IMG/VR virus record: IMGVR_UViG_2654588150_000002
Coordinates: 418-64,417 of that record
Source of the DNA: a virus
Taxonomy: Duplodnaviria > Caudoviricetes
Reading direction: 5' to 3' (one strand)
DNA: 64,000 nt
Of the stretch, positions 60,637-64,000 are shown piece by piece. Numbering within the stretch: the stretch's first letter is position 1; every line of letters starts with the position of its first letter. The notes under the pieces were generated by a model. It was not told the origin of the DNA. It did no database searches and worked only from the letters and a program-made list of their open reading frames with translations. The translations under genes and the position numbers were made by a program.

Positions 60637-60873
60637 ATGGACGATCACTTCATCGCCGATCAGAAGGTCGGGACATCGATGTACTACGCCGTTTGGGACA
60701 TCAGGCAGGAAAGACTGCACATAGCCCGTGAGGACGGGACCGTGATTCTTGACGACCGATTGGACAAAGCGCATTTCGCTGTTCATAAGGCGCTCGGCCT
60801 CGGCCCCTACGTCACAGCAGCGCCAAGCGAAGCACAGCTTCAAGAGGTCATCCGGTTCTACGTGGGTAAATAG
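60637..60873 (+). CDS. Moron hypothetical protein
   Basis: GGGAG RBS; lower GC. Confidence 0.6.
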   Translation: MDDHFIADQKVGTSMYYAVWDIRQERLHIAREDGTVILDDRLDKAHFAVHKALGLGPYVTAAPSEAQLQEVIRFYVGK

Positions 60874-60876
60874 GGA

Positions 60877-61374
60877 ATGACGGACGTGAGCGAGCCATCA
60901 CCATTAGATCAACTTCTGGATGCCCCCGGAGCGCCGTTCATCAATACGGAGGAGATACTCGCCCAAATAAGTGACGAGTTCGAGAGCGCCAAGAGCGAGG
61001 ACATGCGCGTGATACTTCTCGAACTGTTCAAAACGACCATGGACATAGTGGAGCGCCGGACAGCCACTGAAGACCTAGAGCAATTCAAGACTGCCCGCCG
61101 CCATTTCTACAACCTTCTTCTGACTCGTGAGGCGTTTGTAGGGGAAGAAGACGTTTCTCCTGAAATACTGGATGCGGTGACGCAAAGAGAGGTCGCTGCC
61201 GGGAGAATGGCGCCAGATGATGAGCTTCGCAAACTCGCCCAAGTGGGCGTATTCGCGCTACGCGATTCACACGCCGAGCTTGAGGAAAAGCAACGTGCTG
61301 AGCAGACACCAGCGACTACAGGGGCTGGGGGCGGCTGGCGGCACCGTGTCCGGACTTGGCTGGATCGACGCTAA
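60877..61374 (+). CDS. Moron hypothetical protein (acidic, helical)
   Basis: 165 aa ORF, lower GC, next to att. Confidence 0.65.
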   Translation: MTDVSEPSPLDQLLDAPGAPFINTEEILAQISDEFESAKSEDMRVILLELFKTTMDIVERRTATEDLEQFKTARRHFYNLLLTREAFVGEEDVSPEILDAVTQREVAAGRMAPDDELRKLAQVGVFALRDSHAELEEKQRAEQTPATTGAGGGWRHRVRTWLDRR

Positions 61375-61472
61375 CCGGCACCTATGCTGGCTATGAAGAT
61401 AGGCGGCCAAAAACCCGCTACGCACTCCCCAAGAACTCCCCACGCCATGCTAGAACCCTTATATGTATTGCA

Positions 61473-61497
61473 GGTTCGAGTCCGGTCCCCGGCACCA
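61473..61497 (+). other. attR: 3' fragment of a tRNA (Leu-like)
   Basis: GGTTCGAGTCCGGTCCCCGGCACCA (T-loop to CCA) with no 5' half upstream. Confidence 0.8.
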
Positions 61498-61586
61498 CTA
61501 CACGTCAGGCGGCAAGTTCTATATGCCGACTATGCAGTATCTGACAAAAAAATCTGACGAATAGGTGCGCCGATCCAAGTAGCGCT

Positions 61587-61853
61587 TTATTTTCTGGGAC
61601 CGCCTTCGGGCGATTTTTCATTTGTCTCTACTGGTCCGCAAAATTCTTTGTCGGCGCCATCGGTTGAACCGTCCGATCGCCATGTATCCCACAAAGCCAG
61701 CGGCGAGCGCACCAATGCCGACGACGAATCCCCAAAGGGATTGCAGCCGCGCCCGCAATGATAATGACCACCGCGAGCCATCGCTTCGCTGCTAGCGAGA
61801 ATCAAAACAATGAATGCGACACAGCCGCGTTTCAAACGCGACTGGGTGCTCAC
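61587..61853 (-). CDS. Possible small secreted protein
   Basis: Signal-like segment then ARGGHYHCGRGC; start uncertain. Confidence 0.3.
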   Translation of the reverse strand: MSTQSRLKRGCVAFIVLILASSEAMARGGHYHCGRGCNPFGDSSSALVRSPLALWDTWRSDGSTDGADKEFCGPVETNEKSPEGGPRK

Positions 61854-62222
61854 GGCGCGGCCGGCGTCACATCAGGCTGGCAGCGATTCACCCGTGTGGA
61901 AACCGGCTGCACTGCCGAATAGTGGCTTGCGAGCGCATTGGCACCAAGCGAAAGAGCAAGCCTCGCAGAGTCAACCGCTATCCCGTCTTTCTCCCATCGG
62001 ATTGGCGACGTCGTCCAGCGCTCACAAGCATCGATTGGATGGGAATTGCGCGCATAAAACCCGTCAGGGTAGTGACGAGCTTAGCGGTTGTGACGTCCGA
62101 ATACTCGCGAGGCCGATAGGTTCTGGCGCCCGGTCAACATCGATTGACCGGGCCGCTGCCGCACCTAACATGCGACAGACTCAAGCTGACTTTCGCCGGT
62201 GACTTCCGAATTAGATAGGCCA

Positions 62223-62495
62223 TCAAGGGCGTCGTACGCCGGTCAGTTGCTCGCATTCCATCCGCGCGGCTTCGCGTCGTTCGTCGATAAACATCGCGAG
62301 ATCGGCGACGTGCACGCCCTTGGCCGTCTTCTGCGACTTCTCTATTCGCACCAACGGTAGGGCGATGTCGCCAGTCGCAATCTTCCGCAGCAACTTATCG
62401 ACCTCCAGATGCGGGAAGTAGTCTCGACATACCTCGTCGATCGAGATGATGGCCTTGGCGCCATACTGGGCCATGAGGATGAAGGCGGTGTTCAT
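62223..62495 (-). CDS. Pyocin activator PrtN-family protein
   Basis: MNTAF.LMAQY...V.RDYF.HL...SQK.AKGVH..DLA.FID. Confidence 0.88.
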   Translation of the reverse strand: MNTAFILMAQYGAKAIISIDEVCRDYFPHLEVDKLLRKIATGDIALPLVRIEKSQKTAKGVHVADLAMFIDERREAARMECEQLTGVRRP

Positions 62496-62513
62496 GCGCA
62501 CCTTGCGTGAGAC

Positions 62514-62786
62514 TCAGTGGCCATGACCACCTCCATGTCCGCTGTGTCCGCCGCCCCCACGTCCTCCGCCATGGCCATGCCAATCGTGGTGAAAATCGCC
62601 GTGACCGTGCCGGCGGTCTCATCCACCGCCACCGCCACCCCAAATATTGACGGCTCCGTAGCCAAACGCCGGGACGTACTCTGGTCCATAAGCACCATAT
62701 CCAGAATCGGCGTAGCCGTAGCCCTGGTACGCGACACAGCCTGACAAGACGCCAAACAGTCCGAAGACCGCGATCAACTTAACCAT
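62514..62786 (-). pseudogene. His/Gly-rich lipoprotein with an in-frame TGA
   Basis: GGAGG RBS, lipobox LSGC, TGA at 62621-62619, then in-frame HG-rich tail to TGA at 62516-62514. Confidence 0.6.
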
Positions 62787-62945
62787 GTTTCTGCACCTCC
62801 CTCAATGATGAGATAGGTGGCGAAAGGGCGAAGTTCGAGGTGAATTGTGTCCGCTTATTACCGTGTTGACGGGGCTCTGTGCGTGCTCACGAAACGGCAT
62901 CGTTTGGTGGACGGCGGCAGCGCCAGCACATCGAGAAGATCGTTA

Positions 62946-63389
62946 ATGTTCATCGACCCGACGTTAGCCCTGCTCGCTTGCTTTGCCATGTTCGCCGGCT
63001 GCTCGACGACTGCTCAACAGAACGTCTCAACCGTCGCCACCAACGTCCAGACACAGGTCAAAAAGGCCTGCGGCGTCTGGGGGGGGGCCGTTGCGCTCGA
63101 CGCAATGGTTCTCTACTCGTTCGATCCCAAGGTCGATCTCGCGATCAACAGCGTGAATGCGCTCTGTCAGTCAAACGCGATCGTCGATCCGTCGTCGGTT
63201 CAAACCTTGGCGCAGACGACTATCCCGGCGGCTATCACGGCTCTGGGTTCGGTTACGGGCGTAAATCCGGACATGGTCAAGGCTGTCGGTGGTGCGCTAA
63301 CGCTGGCGAGCATCTTCCTGAACGCAGCGGTCGCCACGTACGTTCCGGCCGTTCCGACTGGCGCTTCGGCTCCTTCTGCGAGCCAATGA
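62946..63389 (+). CDS. Lipoprotein
   Basis: Lipobox FAGC; coupled to the lipase gene. Confidence 0.7.
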   Translation: MFIDPTLALLACFAMFAGCSTTAQQNVSTVATNVQTQVKKACGVWGGAVALDAMVLYSFDPKVDLAINSVNALCQSNAIVDPSSVQTLAQTTIPAAITALGSVTGVNPDMVKAVGGALTLASIFLNAAVATYVPAVPTGASAPSASQ

Positions 63390-64000
63390 TGACGCCGCAC
63401 GACTTCGCGCTGCTGGCGCAGGAAGCGTATGACGCGACGCCCGACATTGGCATCGAGTCGAGCGCTTCCCGAGCTATCGTGCGCCAGACCAGCGCGGGGT
63501 TGTGCGTCGCTTTCCCCGGCACCGACAATGTCGACTGCTGGGGAGCGGACTTAGATCTGCTTCCGGTGTTGCTGCCGGGAGTGGGGCGGGTGCATCGCGG
63601 GTTTCATGACGCATGGCAGGCGATTGCAACGCCTGTGATGGCTGCGATAGGCGATCAGCCTGTGACTCTCGTCGGCCACTCTCTCGGGGCTGCTAGCGCG
63701 ATTCTGGCGGCTGCGTCACTCACTCTCGCCGGTAAGCCGCCCGTCACCGTGTTCGGCTTTGAGCCGCCGCGCGTGAGCCCAGACCTCGGCATCAGGACGC
63801 TACTCGCCGCGATTTCGGTGAATCTGTTCAAAAACGGAAATGACCTTGTGCCCGATGTCCCGCCCGGATGGATTCATGCCGCGCTGCTTACGCACATCGG
63901 GAAACCGGCACTTCCTTGGCCGAATGTGCGAGATCACTCCATCGCGCGAGTGATCGCGGCGCTCTCCGACGAATTGTATAAACCTACCGCGCAATACTGA
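63386..64000 (+). CDS. Lipase class 3 family protein
   Basis: VAFPGT, VHRGF, GHSLG, D.VP, DH motifs. Confidence 0.88.
   Translation: MMTPHDFALLAQEAYDATPDIGIESSASRAIVRQTSAGLCVAFPGTDNVDCWGADLDLLPVLLPGVGRVHRGFHDAWQAIATPVMAAIGDQPVTLVGHSLGAASAILAAASLTLAGKPPVTVFGFEPPRVSPDLGIRTLLAAISVNLFKNGNDLVPDVPPGWIHAALLTHIGKPALPWPNVRDHSIARVIAALSDELYKPTAQY

Larger units (their letters stand above)
1..61497. mobile_element. Integrated Bcep22-like (Lessievirus-like) podoviral prophage, left end outside window
   Basis: Complete set of phage modules in Bcep22-like order (RecT/RecE, cI/cro, replication, TerS/TerL, portal, N4-gp56 capsid, PAPS reductase, giant DarB-like protein, lysis); tRNA 3' fragment at right end. 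Confidence 0.9.

Noticed and set aside
61400-61497. Intact tRNA gene
   Set aside because: Only the T-loop to CCA is present; upstream sequence cannot form D or anticodon arms or the 5' acceptor
1-61497. Integrase, reverse transcriptase/DGR, Q or N antiterminator, que/fol genes
   Set aside because: No recognisable motifs in any ORF; the integrase is probably left of the window

Overview
Positions 1 to ~61497 are the bulk of an integrated Bcep22/BcepIL02/DC1-like podoviral prophage in a high-GC (~65%) Burkholderiaceae-like host. The right boundary is a 3' tRNA-Leu-like att fragment at 61473-61497; the integrase and attL lie left of the window. Gene order: leftward recombination arm (RecT, YqaJ-type exonuclease), cI/cro switch, early and replication genes (DUF2303, SSB, Ref, VRR-NUC, AntA/B, initiator, DnaC-like), a PagP-like gene, TerS, a small-ORF cluster, an SGNH hydrolase, TerL, portal, scaffold, CsrA-like, N4-gp56-type capsid, tail and fibre genes, a GNAT / ejection protein / PAPS-reductase-like / SAM-methyltransferase block, a 4893-aa DarB-like polyvalent protein, and a lysis cassette. 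Beyond the att lie PrtN-like, lipoprotein and lipase genes. Most unusual signals read by eye: (i) two RBS-equipped +1-frame genes overprinted inside linkers of the giant protein, one TnpV-like; (ii) a TGT/DpdA-like domain and two FtsK-gamma domains in that protein; (iii) a 171-nt tRNA-like RNA with a competing upstream helix; (iv) ~15 copies of a 19-bp palindromic operator on promoters genome-wide; (v) dispersed RYRCS pentamer tracts and six perfect DnaA boxes; (vi) a c4/P4-CI-like antisense element controlling the antirepressor. All family assignments come from recognised motifs, not database searches.
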